Virus record (IMG/VR): IMGVR_UViG_3300010413_000023
Location: 4,191 to 68,190 of that record
Reading direction: 5' to 3' (one strand)
Source of the DNA: a virus
Length of the DNA stretch: 64,000 bases
Positions within the stretch are counted from its first letter, which is position 1; every line of letters starts with the position of its first letter. The notes beneath the pieces are model-generated. The model worked only from the letters and a program-made list of their open reading frames with translations. It had not been told where the DNA came from and ran no database searches. Both the position numbers and the translations under genes were made by a program. Below, in pieces: positions 1 to 9,759 of the stretch.

Positions 1-1
1 T

Positions 2-397
2 GCGGATGATAATGTCCGTCCAGCCACGAGCCTCGATGCCCGGTCGTGGATGTGCTTTGCTAATAAACAGCACCCGCCCCCTGCCAGCCCCTGATATGAG
101 CCGCCCTGGCGTTGTCTTGCTTTTCCAGTCGCGGGAAAGTGTCGCGTAACGCACCTTTGTGCCCTCGTGCAGGAAAAAATATATCCTGTCATCGGTCAGG
201 TTTGTTGCCTTGATCTCGGTTTTGCTCTGGAACATTTCGAGTTCGTGTTCTGGCTTGTTGCGCCAGGTTCGCGTCGTTTTCTGGTATTCGGTTTGCTCTT
301 TTTCGCCTTCTTCTTGGACCCCATCGGCCAGCATTGACAGCATCAATTCGATGTCGATCTTTTTCGGGCGAATCAGTTTCATTGTTACCGTTGGCAT
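2..397 (-). CDS. Putative phage neck/tail-completion protein (HK97 gp10-like), truncated at window edge
   Basis: Not in the ORF track. Manual translation from ATG at 397 gives MPTVTMKLIRPKK...YFFLHEGTKVRYA...HPRPGIEARGW, open to the window start; HEGT and HPRPG motifs resemble gp10-like neck proteins. Confidence 0.5.
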   Translation of the reverse strand, partial: MPTVTMKLIRPKKIDIELMLSMLADGVQEEGEKEQTEYQKTTRTWRNKPEHELEMFQSKTEIKATNLTDDRIYFFLHEGTKVRYATLSRDWKSKTTPGRLISGAGRGRVLFISKAHPRPGIEARGWTDIIIR

Positions 398-451
398 TGT
401 TTGAGCCTTTTCGGTTTGATCAGCTTTGTCTGAATGACGACTGGCATCTCA

Positions 452-1375
452 TCACCTGTATTGTATCTTCTCTGGTTCGTCGTATGTGTTCCCGGCAATG
501 ACCAGATCGGTATATCCCGGTCCGACGCTAATGTGATACCACGACGCCGCGCAGTTATACATATAGTTATCGGAGATCGTGATCCTGGTTGCGTTATCGG
601 CAATCGTTACCCCGCCAAATCCTCCGATATTGATAGTATTTCCCGATACCTCGATGTCTTCCCGCATTCCGGCCGGCGCGTCGTTCGCTGAAACCTGGAT
701 CGCATATCCTTTTGGCCTGGCCAAGGTGTTTCCCGATACTACAAGCTGTTTTGCTCCTCCGTGCCCCATACAAATTAATGAGTTATCATCATCAGTTATG
801 GTATTACCGGCAATAAGTCCTATAGTGACCCCGTTATAATGGATGGCATGCTGGTGGCCGTGATGGATGTGACAGTTTTGCACAGTGACATTGGAACAAT
901 GAACCGGCTGTATTCCATCCCCCTTGCTGTGATGTACCTCACAATCCTCTATCAGCGCTCCATTCACATAATCCAGATGGATAACTTCCGGAGTTAGAAT
1001 ATACTCCCCCTGGCCGTCTCTATTGCCATCAAATTGTATGCCGGACAAGTAAAAGTTGCTACAGTGGTTGACGTTGAGTATCCCATAGTTGGATTCTGGC
1101 GTATTGTCTGCCATCCTGATAATTGTGCCTGTCGTTCCCGTTCCGGTCAGAAACACGTCATCCTTTGTTATCGTGATTGGCTGGGTGACGATATACGTTC
1201 CTGCTCCCAGCGTGACCGTCCCACCGTCTCCCGATAGGTTATCTATCAGGCTCTGAATGTAAAACGGGCCATACTCGTTGACCGTAACGCCAGACCAGCT
1301 TGAGCCACCGCCGAATAGATAAAATGTCAAGGCGATCATTCTTCGCAGATTCATTATGGGCTGGCCCCACTCCAC
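452..1375 (-). CDS. Right-handed parallel beta-helix (pectate lyase-like) protein, possible virion spike/depolymerase
   Basis: GGTVTLGAGTYIV start of helix and repeated I.NC.IH / I.GNTI / VSGNT beta-helix rungs. Confidence 0.75.
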   Translation of the reverse strand: MEWGQPIMNLRRMIALTFYLFGGGSSWSGVTVNEYGPFYIQSLIDNLSGDGGTVTLGAGTYIVTQPITITKDDVFLTGTGTTGTIIRMADNTPESNYGILNVNHCSNFYLSGIQFDGNRDGQGEYILTPEVIHLDYVNGALIEDCEVHHSKGDGIQPVHCSNVTVQNCHIHHGHQHAIHYNGVTIGLIAGNTITDDDNSLICMGHGGAKQLVVSGNTLARPKGYAIQVSANDAPAGMREDIEVSGNTINIGGFGGVTIADNATRITISDNYMYNCAASWYHISVGPGYTDLVIAGNTYDEPEKIQYR

Positions 1376-2598
1376 TTGTGAAGCGCGGCGTACTCGTCGC
1401 CCGTCCCGCGTGCGAATACCTGAAACAGATCCATTGTATTGCCCACGTTGGTGGTAAATAGTCCTTGCCGCGTTCCCGTTTGTAATGCCGCATCTGCAAT
1501 AACCGATGTGGCCCCTACTATGGCATTGTTAAGGTAAAGCGAAAATGACGTTCCGTCCGAAATAACCCGAATATCACCCGCGCCAATCGCAACAGCCGCA
1601 GTGATGACGGTTGTCTCTACCCCCGCCACTCGTTTGATCAACTGACAGTTCGTGCCGTCGTGGACACCTCTGACATAGTTATCCGCGTCCACATAGCGGA
1701 GGACGATCCCGACCTCATCGCCTGCTCTGGTTATTGTTGTCCTCATAACGGCACTGATAACCCCGGTGTCTACCGTTGCGATGCCGATACCACCGGCCAA
1801 TGCGGTGCAGGTCGCCACGTTTCCGGCTATTGCCCATGTACCCACGCTGTCCGCCCACGCGGTGGATGTGCAACCCTGGCCATCAGGACCCGTTGCTTCC
1901 GTTGAGCCAAGCGCGCCATTGGCACGAGTAAAAGTATCGTAAGCGGATGGTATGGGCAACCAGAGCGTAATAGGCACCCTCACAAAGTCCTCTGTAAACG
2001 TGATCGCCACAATACCAGAACACAGGGCATTGACAACGGCAAGTGGCGTATTGGCCCCCGTCGTCAATGAGTAGAGCATTTTCCACTGCGTGTCATATCC
2101 GAACAGGTATGCTCCGGCAGTCCTCAACACCAAAGCGGTCACGGAAAAATTCGCCAGAACACCCAAATAAGGCAACGGCGTCACGGCAGCCAGTCGATAA
2201 TGTATCCCTGTCGTGATGGCCCGGAAAAAAGGCTCTCCACTGGTCGTTAGTGCCGCGATGTTACTCGATACGCCCCAGTACGTGTTGGCCTGACCGGTCA
2301 TTTTGAACAGAATGACCCGTCCAGATTGTCGCGCTATTGTCTCCAACACGTAAAATACCGGATCGCCGGTTGTTCCCGCTCCGTTTGCCGTCGAGTTTCC
2401 AGCCCCTACCGAAACCAGGTTCCCTGTATCCGTCAGAGTTCTGGTTCCGGGGCCGGGCGTCGCGGGCGTGCCGTTCACCGATCCGGCAGCGCGGGTATCC
2501 GTAAACTCGTCGTCGAGCAAATACTGCTCTCCGTGAACGCCGCCGCCCTGATCGGGCACGCTCAAAATGCCCAGGTTGTGAATCCCATACCGGCGCAT
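1354..2598 (-). CDS. Hypothetical virion-associated beta-sandwich protein
   Basis: 414-aa Gly/Thr/Ala-rich ORF with two D.FT..R motifs (DEFTDTR, DTFTRANG) typical of lectin-like virion proteins; lies in the structural operon. Confidence 0.5.
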   Translation of the reverse strand: MRRYGIHNLGILSVPDQGGGVHGEQYLLDDEFTDTRAAGSVNGTPATPGPGTRTLTDTGNLVSVGAGNSTANGAGTTGDPVFYVLETIARQSGRVILFKMTGQANTYWGVSSNIAALTTSGEPFFRAITTGIHYRLAAVTPLPYLGVLANFSVTALVLRTAGAYLFGYDTQWKMLYSLTTGANTPLAVVNALCSGIVAITFTEDFVRVPITLWLPIPSAYDTFTRANGALGSTEATGPDGQGCTSTAWADSVGTWAIAGNVATCTALAGGIGIATVDTGVISAVMRTTITRAGDEVGIVLRYVDADNYVRGVHDGTNCQLIKRVAGVETTVITAAVAIGAGDIRVISDGTSFSLYLNNAIVGATSVIADAALQTGTRQGLFTTNVGNTMDLFQVFARGTGDEYAALHKWSGASP

Positions 2599-2599
2599 G

Positions 2600-3109
2600 T
2601 TACAGCTCCCGTCTTGCTACGTGAACCTGTAAGGTAAAGTCGTCGCCCGCACTGATGCCTGCCGTGTCGTAGACGCGCAAGTCATACAGCGGCGGCAGAA
2701 ACACGGTGGGCGGAAACGGTGTCATCAGAAAGGTGGTGTTACGAAACGCACCGAGATCGGCCAGCGACGGCGCGAACATATAACGCCGGGTGAGCGATGC
2801 CGCCTGTGTCGCGCCTGCTACCACGCGCCCGATCACAGCGTCGGCAGCGTCACGGATGTCCACCACGATCTGGCGGTTGCCCGCGTTGGCGTCCGAGATA
2901 TATTCGACAAATATAAACAATACCTGGTACTCATACCCCGCCGGGACGGTGATCACTTTCGAGTTCTGATTCGCCGTCACGTCAGACAAGTGCCAGATTT
3001 GCCAGTCGGTGGCGTTGATCAAGGTGACAGGAATGCCACTGCTGGAATCGATCCGCGCCATCGTTCCATCATTGCCCAGAAGGCTATAACATATTGTACT
3101 TTTTGCCAT
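2600..3109 (-). CDS. Hypothetical protein (structural region)
   Basis: 169-aa ORF with AGGAG RBS, tightly packed with the next gene. Confidence 0.6.
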   Translation of the reverse strand: MAKSTICYSLLGNDGTMARIDSSSGIPVTLINATDWQIWHLSDVTANQNSKVITVPAGYEYQVLFIFVEYISDANAGNRQIVVDIRDAADAVIGRVVAGATQAASLTRRYMFAPSLADLGAFRNTTFLMTPFPPTVFLPPLYDLRVYDTAGISAGDDFTLQVHVARREL

Positions 3110-3158
3110 TTCTTACTCCTATAAAACGATCACGGCAGGCTTGGGAGTCTGCCCTTGG

Positions 3159-3836
3159 TTATTGACAAGCTCTTTTACTCATCATATCCGATAAAATCGC
3201 TTTCCAGTGTTTGCGCTTGCTGTTTGTCCGACAATGACAAGACACGCAAAGAGTAATCAGATTAGAAGGCCGCAAGTTCGCCTTATCATAATCGATATGA
3301 TGTACCTGCAATTTTGGTTCTTGTTTTCCACAAAGCATACATTGAAAACGATCCCTTTTTCGGATAAGTACCTTTAGTTCTTCATTGAACTCACGAGGAT
3401 ATGGGGTAGGTTCAATTCTTCGTGCCGCATATTTGCATTCTTTTGAACAGTACCTTCCTCGTTTCTCATCTCTTGCTCTTGCCTGGCGAGTGACAAATTC
3501 TACACCGCACCACTCGCAAATGCACTCCGCGCCACCGCCCTTCCAATGGAATGCAATTTCTCCAGTCATTGTAGACTGCCACCGAGAGCGACATTCTTGT
3601 GAACAGAAACGTATTGTGTGTGATGGTTTGTTGTAAATAACTTTTCCGCAAATTTCACAATGGTATTCTGCCGTTCCGCCATTTCTCCAAAGTGGATTAT
3701 TTGTCCCAACATTTCCCGCAACACAGCATTCCTTTGAACAAAACCTACCACGCCCCGCTTTCGCCCTAGAAGGAATAATCTCAAATGACTTTCCGCAAAA
3801 TTCACAAACCTTAGCGATTCTATACTTTTTTGTCAT
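3159..3836 (-). CDS. HNH homing endonuclease with tandem Cys-rich zinc-finger repeats
   Basis: Three CxxCG...(F/Y)CSxxC repeats, then RDRFQCMLCG..LQVHHIDY..NLITLCVSCH; start at MTKKY overlaps upstream stop (ATGA); AT-richer than flanks. Confidence 0.85.
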   Translation of the reverse strand: MTKKYRIAKVCEFCGKSFEIIPSRAKAGRGRFCSKECCVAGNVGTNNPLWRNGGTAEYHCEICGKVIYNKPSHTIRFCSQECRSRWQSTMTGEIAFHWKGGGAECICEWCGVEFVTRQARARDEKRGRYCSKECKYAARRIEPTPYPREFNEELKVLIRKRDRFQCMLCGKQEPKLQVHHIDYDKANLRPSNLITLCVSCHCRTNSKRKHWKAILSDMMSKRACQ

Positions 3837-4471
3837 CTGTATTCTTTCGTGCAGCGGCAATTTGTTAAACCAAGGCATGTTGTTTGTCCTGCAATTACGT
3901 TGCCCGATCCAGGTTGAGCAAAAAACCCTAAATTTTGCCATCCCATCGCGTCGGCGTCCGAACACGGGCCACAAGTCGAATCGTCGCCGACGGCGTGCCA
4001 CCGTTCTTGTGTCATCCCCTGGTCACGGGCTTGCATATCCTGAACCCGCCAGTACACCTCACGCGATGAATTGAGATACATTTTTGTGCGGGCTTCAATT
4101 TGCGCCGCTGTCAAGCTCCCGCTTTCGATCTGCTTGGCGAAATCCTTGAGATAGTTGTACTGTTCTCGAACCGAACCGCCGACCATACCCCACAAACGGG
4201 GCGTCATCTGTTCGCGTCCGCCCGCCGCCAGCATTGCCTGTTGAGCATAAGCATTCTTGATCTGGCGGGCAAATCCGGTTTGCCAATCGGCTACACTCAA
4301 GCGTTTATCGGCGAGCATTGTATTAAGCGTCGCAACCGGGTTTTCAACCGTCCGATCAACAATGCTGTCTACCAGCCCCAGGATCGTCTCGCGTCCGACA
4401 AACTGTCCCGTCGCAAGGTTGCGGTATCGCCCCGTTGTTGTTTCCCATACCCACTGGATAACGTTAGCCAC
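3833..4471 (-). CDS. Phage head morphogenesis protein (MuF/SPP1 gp7-like)
   Basis: Directly downstream of portal; C-terminal W...DDSTCGPC...NCRC motif. Confidence 0.7.
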   Translation of the reverse strand: MANVIQWVWETTTGRYRNLATGQFVGRETILGLVDSIVDRTVENPVATLNTMLADKRLSVADWQTGFARQIKNAYAQQAMLAAGGREQMTPRLWGMVGGSVREQYNYLKDFAKQIESGSLTAAQIEARTKMYLNSSREVYWRVQDMQARDQGMTQERWHAVGDDSTCGPCSDADAMGWQNLGFFAQPGSGNVIAGQTTCLGLTNCRCTKEYR

Positions 4472-6209
4472 CTGACGGTCTTGCCTCCAACATCCCCGCT
4501 AGTTCAGGAAACAACACGTTCCACGATGCCACCGCCTTGTCTATGTCATCCTCCGAGATTGTCGGATCAAGCTCCGGCAGTGGCGGCCCTGGTAGTGGTG
4601 CCAACCGTTCGATCTGCTTTTCGGCGTGAACGTGTACTGGCTGCATCCTCGCCACTTTCCCATTCTGCCACTTCTTGACACGTTCCCCCATCAGCCGTCG
4701 CGCTTTGTCCTGTGCCTCTGTGTCGTCTCGCTCGATGTCCGGCGTGATGTCCTCCGGGATGTATTCGGGCGGTATGGCGTTGTTGTCTACAAGATACTGC
4801 TGGGCCAGCATCGGATCGCCGGTGATGTCAAAGTACATCTTGGCGTTCTCAAAAAGCGTCTTGTGGATCTGCGCCTCCTCTTGCCGCTCTGCCGTTTCCT
4901 GCTGCTCGAATGCAAACTCTAACGACTCGGGCAGCACCTTGAAACGGAACTCGCGCTCGATGGCCTGCATCAAGACGCCGATGCCTTTCCCTTTCGACTT
5001 GGAGGCCATCACCGTGGCCTGTGCGCCCGTTCCCAGTGAACCCGCGCCAGCTAGTCCACCCAGGTCGAGCGGGTCGAGGCCGTATGCCGTGGCAACACGC
5101 TCTTTCAGTTCCTGGTACACTTGCGCCCGGTCGAACCCATCGGGCAGGCCGGAAAAGGAAATGAACTCGGCGCTAAACGTGCCCTCTGGGTTCAGGATGG
5201 GGATAAAGATCAGCCCCTTGTAAAATATCGCGCCCCTGCCCTTGCGATCCGACTCGCCTTGCTCGACTGCGGTTTTCATCGTCTGTTCTGAGGCGTTGAC
5301 GAAAATCATCCCCGCGCCGGGGTTCTCGCTCATTTTCTCGAACGAATACCGCTTGATGATCCTGTCCTCTTGCACGTCCCAGGCCGCGCGGGACAGGGCA
5401 CAAATGCCTTTGCCGACGAGACGGTGATCGATGCTGGGCATGTCCAGGATGCGGACAAAGTTATAGTCCCTCAACTTGTACAATCGCCCTGTGCTAGGGT
5501 TCTTGTACACGAGCGGGTATTCGTTCGATGCCGTGGGCTGCAACTGCACCGGGTCGAACACGCGCAAGTCAACGATGTCCCATGCGATGTCCGCGCCGCG
5601 TTCGATAGCCGCGAGGCCGCGTTCCGTCAATTGGTAGTCTTTGTCCACCGCCCAACCTGGGGCAGCGCGCACGACCTCGGCAACACCGCCGTTGTCTGAC
5701 TCAAGGTAAGAGCGCACAATACGAGTCAGAAAGTAATCCCATCCGACATTGCCTTCCAGGTTAAGCAGCCGGCTGTGCCATTTGTTGACGACGTTTCGCC
5801 CGCCCTCAAGCGTCCACTGCAGGCTCTGCGCTTTCTTGATCATCGTCGCTTCGGCCAGCATACACAAGGGAGCGATGACGGCAAACGTCTGCAAGTCTCG
5901 CTGCCGAGCCGGATCGGCATAGTCACGCAAGGGGATGTACTGGTCCAGCGTGCAGCCCGACCACCACAGGACTCCGCCCGAGGCGCTGGCGTTTGGATCG
6001 TCGGTCAATGGTGCTTGAATCGACGCGGGCACGGTGCGGGCTTTGTCCGCATTCAGCGCCGCCTCAAGCTCTGCCTTTGCCTGCTGGATGAATGGCGGCA
6101 GTTGCTGGGCGGGCGCTTCGGCCTTTGCCCGTTCCATCTGGTATTGCGCCTCGAACTTTTCCGCCATCTCGCGCGGCTGTCTCTGTTGTCGTCTTTTCGT
6201 CCGGCTCAT
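4464..6209 (-). CDS. Phage portal protein
   Basis: ~580 aa, between terminase and MuF-like gene; portal-like segments (VATAYGLDPLDLG, LMQAIEREFRFKVLP); likely start MSRTKRR after GGAG RBS. Confidence 0.75.
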   Translation of the reverse strand: MSRTKRRQQRQPREMAEKFEAQYQMERAKAEAPAQQLPPFIQQAKAELEAALNADKARTVPASIQAPLTDDPNASASGGVLWWSGCTLDQYIPLRDYADPARQRDLQTFAVIAPLCMLAEATMIKKAQSLQWTLEGGRNVVNKWHSRLLNLEGNVGWDYFLTRIVRSYLESDNGGVAEVVRAAPGWAVDKDYQLTERGLAAIERGADIAWDIVDLRVFDPVQLQPTASNEYPLVYKNPSTGRLYKLRDYNFVRILDMPSIDHRLVGKGICALSRAAWDVQEDRIIKRYSFEKMSENPGAGMIFVNASEQTMKTAVEQGESDRKGRGAIFYKGLIFIPILNPEGTFSAEFISFSGLPDGFDRAQVYQELKERVATAYGLDPLDLGGLAGAGSLGTGAQATVMASKSKGKGIGVLMQAIEREFRFKVLPESLEFAFEQQETAERQEEAQIHKTLFENAKMYFDITGDPMLAQQYLVDNNAIPPEYIPEDITPDIERDDTEAQDKARRLMGERVKKWQNGKVARMQPVHVHAEKQIERLAPLPGPPLPELDPTISEDDIDKAVASWNVLFPELAGMLEARPSGG

Positions 6210-6224
6210 ATTTTCTCCACAAAC

Positions 6225-6276
6225 AAAAAACGCCGATACTCTCACGGGTTCGTTAGACTCCGTGAAAATGTCGGCG
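6225..6276 (-). terminator. Hairpin plus U-tract immediately upstream of portal start (possible attenuator)
   Basis: Minus strand CGCCGAcattTTCACGG...CCGTGAGagtaTCGGCG followed by TTTTTTG. Confidence 0.5.
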
Positions 6277-6317
6277 CTCTGTTGTCAGGCTGCCAGGTAT
6301 GGGGTTGTTAGGTTCGT

Positions 6318-6629
6318 CTATTCAATCCGTTCCATCACACATTCAAAATACATTCCGGCGGGAACTAGCTCCCCTGCGTCCTCGCGTTTTGCCTTGAACG
6401 TGAAACGCAAATCAATGCTTGCGCCCTCGACGGTGTGCAGGGTTCGCGCCTGGAGAACTTCGCTTTCAAGTGCTTCTTTTGCCTTTTTTGCCATCAGTTC
6501 TACCAGTTGACACAAATGCCACTCGGCGGCGTTGTCGATCTCCGTCCCATCACCCCGAAACATTGGACAGCGTTTATGATGGTCATCGTTGCCGTAAAAA
6601 AGCTGCGTGTGTCGCGTTATGGGTTTCAC
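6318..6629 (-). CDS. Hypothetical protein
   Basis: ATGA-coupled with upstream ORF. Confidence 0.5.
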   Translation of the reverse strand: MKPITRHTQLFYGNDDHHKRCPMFRGDGTEIDNAAEWHLCQLVELMAKKAKEALESEVLQARTLHTVEGASIDLRFTFKAKREDAGELVPAGMYFECVMERIE

Positions 6630-6946
6630 TCTCTCGCCTTTCTCTTTTCAAACACGTCAACCTTGCCGGTAAAATAGTTCAACCTAGCGCCGTGCGTCTC
6701 CGTGTCAATATCTGGCGCGTCATCGAATCCTTCATACTGTTGGTTGTATTCTGTTATCCCAAACCACATCTGGCCGACGCCCATGCCACCCAGCCCACCG
6801 AGTAACACTTCCCCGTTTTTCGTGTCCTTGGCAATGACGAAAATGCCCATGCTGTACCGCAGTCCAGGGCCACGCTCCAACACGTCCTTGACATTTCCTA
6901 TTGCTACCTCTGCCACTTTGTCCGGCACATCAAATGCCTGTTCCAT
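6626..6946 (-). CDS. Hypothetical protein
   Basis: AAAGG RBS; coupled in operon. Confidence 0.5.
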   Translation of the reverse strand: MEQAFDVPDKVAEVAIGNVKDVLERGPGLRYSMGIFVIAKDTKNGEVLLGGLGGMGVGQMWFGITEYNQQYEGFDDAPDIDTETHGARLNYFTGKVDVFEKRKARE

Positions 6947-7078
6947 CTCTCGCCTTTCCTTTCTTTCTCAACTCACAAGTCCGTGGCTCAATTCCCCGCC
7001 ACCGTTCTATCGCGTCTACGATCAGCAGCAGCGCCTGGATGACGAGCTGCCAAAATTCGGAGTCGGTCACAGGCTTCC

Positions 7079-7477
7079 CTATTCGCCGTCCCTCTTTAGC
7101 ACGAAATTCAAAAACGCCAGGCGATACTCGTCCCGCGTTTGGGGCCACCGGTCATGTTCGTCGTACCAGTCCATTGCCCACATTGGCACAAGGTCGAGCG
7201 AGTCGAAATCCCAGGGTGTATAGTCGTCTTCTTCCACGCTCGTTGGTTGCAGTTTAATTTTATACTGCGCCATCTCGACCATATCCTCGTCATCCCAACT
7301 AGTCTCCATGTGATGATCGAATAGATTGATCTCGTCCTCGCAGACAACCCACGTTTCCCCGCCGGAGTTTGCCATTGTCGTCACGCTCTCGATTGCCTCA
7401 ACTTCCCTCTTTGGCGCAAGCGCCGCAATCAGCGCCGCGCCTGCCAGTTTGAAAAAGTTACGTCGGGTGGTTTTCAT
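7079..7477 (-). CDS. Hypothetical protein with Tat-like twin-arginine N-terminus
   Basis: MKTTRRNFFKLAGAALIAALAP, after GGAGGGG RBS. Confidence 0.55.
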   Translation of the reverse strand: MKTTRRNFFKLAGAALIAALAPKREVEAIESVTTMANSGGETWVVCEDEINLFDHHMETSWDDEDMVEMAQYKIKLQPTSVEEDDYTPWDFDSLDLVPMWAMDWYDEHDRWPQTRDEYRLAFLNFVLKRDGE

Positions 7478-7923
7478 TAACCCCTCCCCCAGTTCGTGCA
7501 ACCATCGTTTTTGTGGACATACATCCCGCGCAAGTTGCAAAACCCGTCAGGCGTTGATCCTTTCCGATAGTTCAAGCAATTATGGCGGCCTATCGGGGCA
7601 TCCGCTTCCTTCTCTCGTTTCGCCCACAAGTCGTTGAGCCAGTCGCACGCCGCTTGCGCATCGCCTTTTGTCGCATACGATGGCCCGAAATTGCCATCAA
7701 ACATTACATTGAAATGGCGGTCGTTTCCTTTTCGTACCGTAAACGGCCCCTTCTGCTTTTCCTCGAAATAGACGCAGCCGAAATCATCCTCCGTGGTCAG
7801 TCTCGGCACATGGGCTTCGCCGATAACCACTACGCCATCATGGCATTTTACCTTTTCACAAGCTCCGTAGGTACTAGCCATGCATAACATGTGCCAAAGC
7901 CTGCAATCCTTACAGTGTCCCAT
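7477..7923 (-). CDS. Cys-rich hypothetical phage protein
   Basis: CKDCRLW...GAC...TTEDDFGCVYF motif common in phage small ORFs. Confidence 0.5.
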   Translation of the reverse strand: MGHCKDCRLWHMLCMASTYGACEKVKCHDGVVVIGEAHVPRLTTEDDFGCVYFEEKQKGPFTVRKGNDRHFNVMFDGNFGPSYATKGDAQAACDWLNDLWAKREKEADAPIGRHNCLNYRKGSTPDGFCNLRGMYVHKNDGCTNWGRG

Positions 7924-8228
7924 TTTGAACCTTTCTAGCCGATATTCTCAATTAGTACAAGTGTCGTTCCGGTTCCGTCTCGGAACTCAATTGTAGATGT
8001 TGAAAACTGCGGATTCATGAAAACACGCCAAGTCTGATTGCCAATCTTGAGAGTTCCCATTCGATTGCTATCGTGGCTCGGTTGTGACGTTCCGCATACC
8101 GGACAAAACGCGGCATCAAAATCCAAATCTTCCAATTTGCTATTAAACCTACAATGGCAGACTCTGCATTCCTGCATCTCTCGCCTTTCTAGCTCACAGC
8201 CGCAGCCGGAGCGACTCTGCACAAAAAT

Positions 8229-8296
8229 AGCCTAGCCAAGCCGTGCCGTGCCGAACCTGAACGCGCCTAGACGAACCCCGACTAGCCCAGCCATGT
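8229..8296. repeat. 5-nt periodic (NNGCC/GGCNN) tract
   Basis: agcct agcca agccg tgccg tgccg aacct...agccc agcca, directly after terminase stop. Confidence 0.6.
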
Positions 8297-9759
8297 CACA
8301 GCCTCAAAAACAGGCATTGATGTGCCGCCATAGATAAAGCCACGGCAGCGTCCACCTTTTGCCGTTGTTCCCGCTTGACGATTCGCAACTTGCCATTGTC
8401 GTCAAGTTTCCGATCCGCGTTGTCAATGTGCTGCCTCAAGATTTCGTTCCCGTCGTGCATCAAGCGGCGTTGGCATATCAGAGATAACAGTTGTTGATCC
8501 GCCTCAAGCCTACGCCCCGCCTGGTTGAACTCTTTGAACCACGCGACACCTTCCCTTGCCAATCTGGTCGCCATGTCGTGCAATTGAAATGGGTCATATA
8601 CCACGCACACGATGTTGTATCGCTCGGCCAACATTTTCACTACCATTTCTGGCCCCGGGTCTGTCTCTGAACCCAGAAAGTCAATCGGGTGGCCGGACGG
8701 CTCCCAGACCTGGACAAACCTAACAACGACGATCTCGTCATCTTCCGGGCATCTCGTCACCCCGACAATGGCAAAACAATCGGCCTGCATTGTGTTCTGC
8801 ACTGCGGCATCCATAGCCAGGATCATCGGATCGTGCTCTGTCAATGGCGGGATGTGTGCGAGACACGAATCCCATAATAGCATACTTGGCAAGAATCGCT
8901 GCCCCGTGTCAATGTCCTCCCATTCTGCATTCAACAACACCCGCGCCTCTGCTGCTGTCAAAGTTTGTGCCCGTTTGTCTGCGAACCCCGGCTCCAGGTT
9001 CTCGGCGTTTTCAATTGTTAAGAGCGTCACCACAAAACTGTCACGCTTGAACGTCTCACGCGGATCGTCTTTTTGCAATGGCCCGAAATACTCATACAGC
9101 CAGTGCTTGCGCGGCGTGGTCGTGATGAATATCTGCGGCGGCTCGTCGTTTGGGCCTGGAATGCGAACACGCCCGTCAAACACCTTGAGTGCCGCCGCCG
9201 TCTTGTGCCGTCTGAACTCGTCCATGTGGACGAATGACAGGTTCGGCCCTTCCCAGGCTCCGACCTCGCTCTCCTTTGCCCCTCCGCACAACAGGACGCT
9301 TTGTGTGCCCAGCGCATTGTTGAACACGAGCGAAAAGGGCTTTGTCGGCTCCCAGGTGACGGCTTGCCGGTATCGCTGGCTCTCAACGACACAATCCCAG
9401 GGACACCACCGCCGGAACTCGGGCCACAGGCTCTTTTTGAAATGTTCAAGATCGGGCGAAACCATCGCCCCTGACATTCCACGCCGCAGTCGTTCCAGCG
9501 TCTTGATAATGCCTGCTACTGACTTGCCGCCGCCCTCGCCGCCCTTGAGCAAAATGTAACGGGGCGTGTCGCTGTAAACGGCCTGATGCTCCTCAGCCTT
9601 ATGCGGTTTGTAAGGTTTGCCGGTGTCCGAGTTGATGTAGACGCCCGGCCATCCGTTGTCACTCGTGATCTGTCGGAGGATCGCCAGCGCCTGCCCTTGT
9701 TCTTGCTTTGTCAAAAAGGGCCACAACTTCGGCAATTCCCGCGCCAATTCCTGTGACAT
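8296..9759 (-). CDS. terL: Terminase large subunit
   Basis: Walker A GGEGGGKS, Walker B FVHMDE, coupling motif TTTP, RNase H-like LAMDAA...YDPFQ...KVDAAVAL. Confidence 0.92.
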   Translation of the reverse strand: MSQELARELPKLWPFLTKQEQGQALAILRQITSDNGWPGVYINSDTGKPYKPHKAEEHQAVYSDTPRYILLKGGEGGGKSVAGIIKTLERLRRGMSGAMVSPDLEHFKKSLWPEFRRWCPWDCVVESQRYRQAVTWEPTKPFSLVFNNALGTQSVLLCGGAKESEVGAWEGPNLSFVHMDEFRRHKTAAALKVFDGRVRIPGPNDEPPQIFITTTPRKHWLYEYFGPLQKDDPRETFKRDSFVVTLLTIENAENLEPGFADKRAQTLTAAEARVLLNAEWEDIDTGQRFLPSMLLWDSCLAHIPPLTEHDPMILAMDAAVQNTMQADCFAIVGVTRCPEDDEIVVVRFVQVWEPSGHPIDFLGSETDPGPEMVVKMLAERYNIVCVVYDPFQLHDMATRLAREGVAWFKEFNQAGRRLEADQQLLSLICQRRLMHDGNEILRQHIDNADRKLDDNGKLRIVKREQRQKVDAAVALSMAAHQCLFLRL

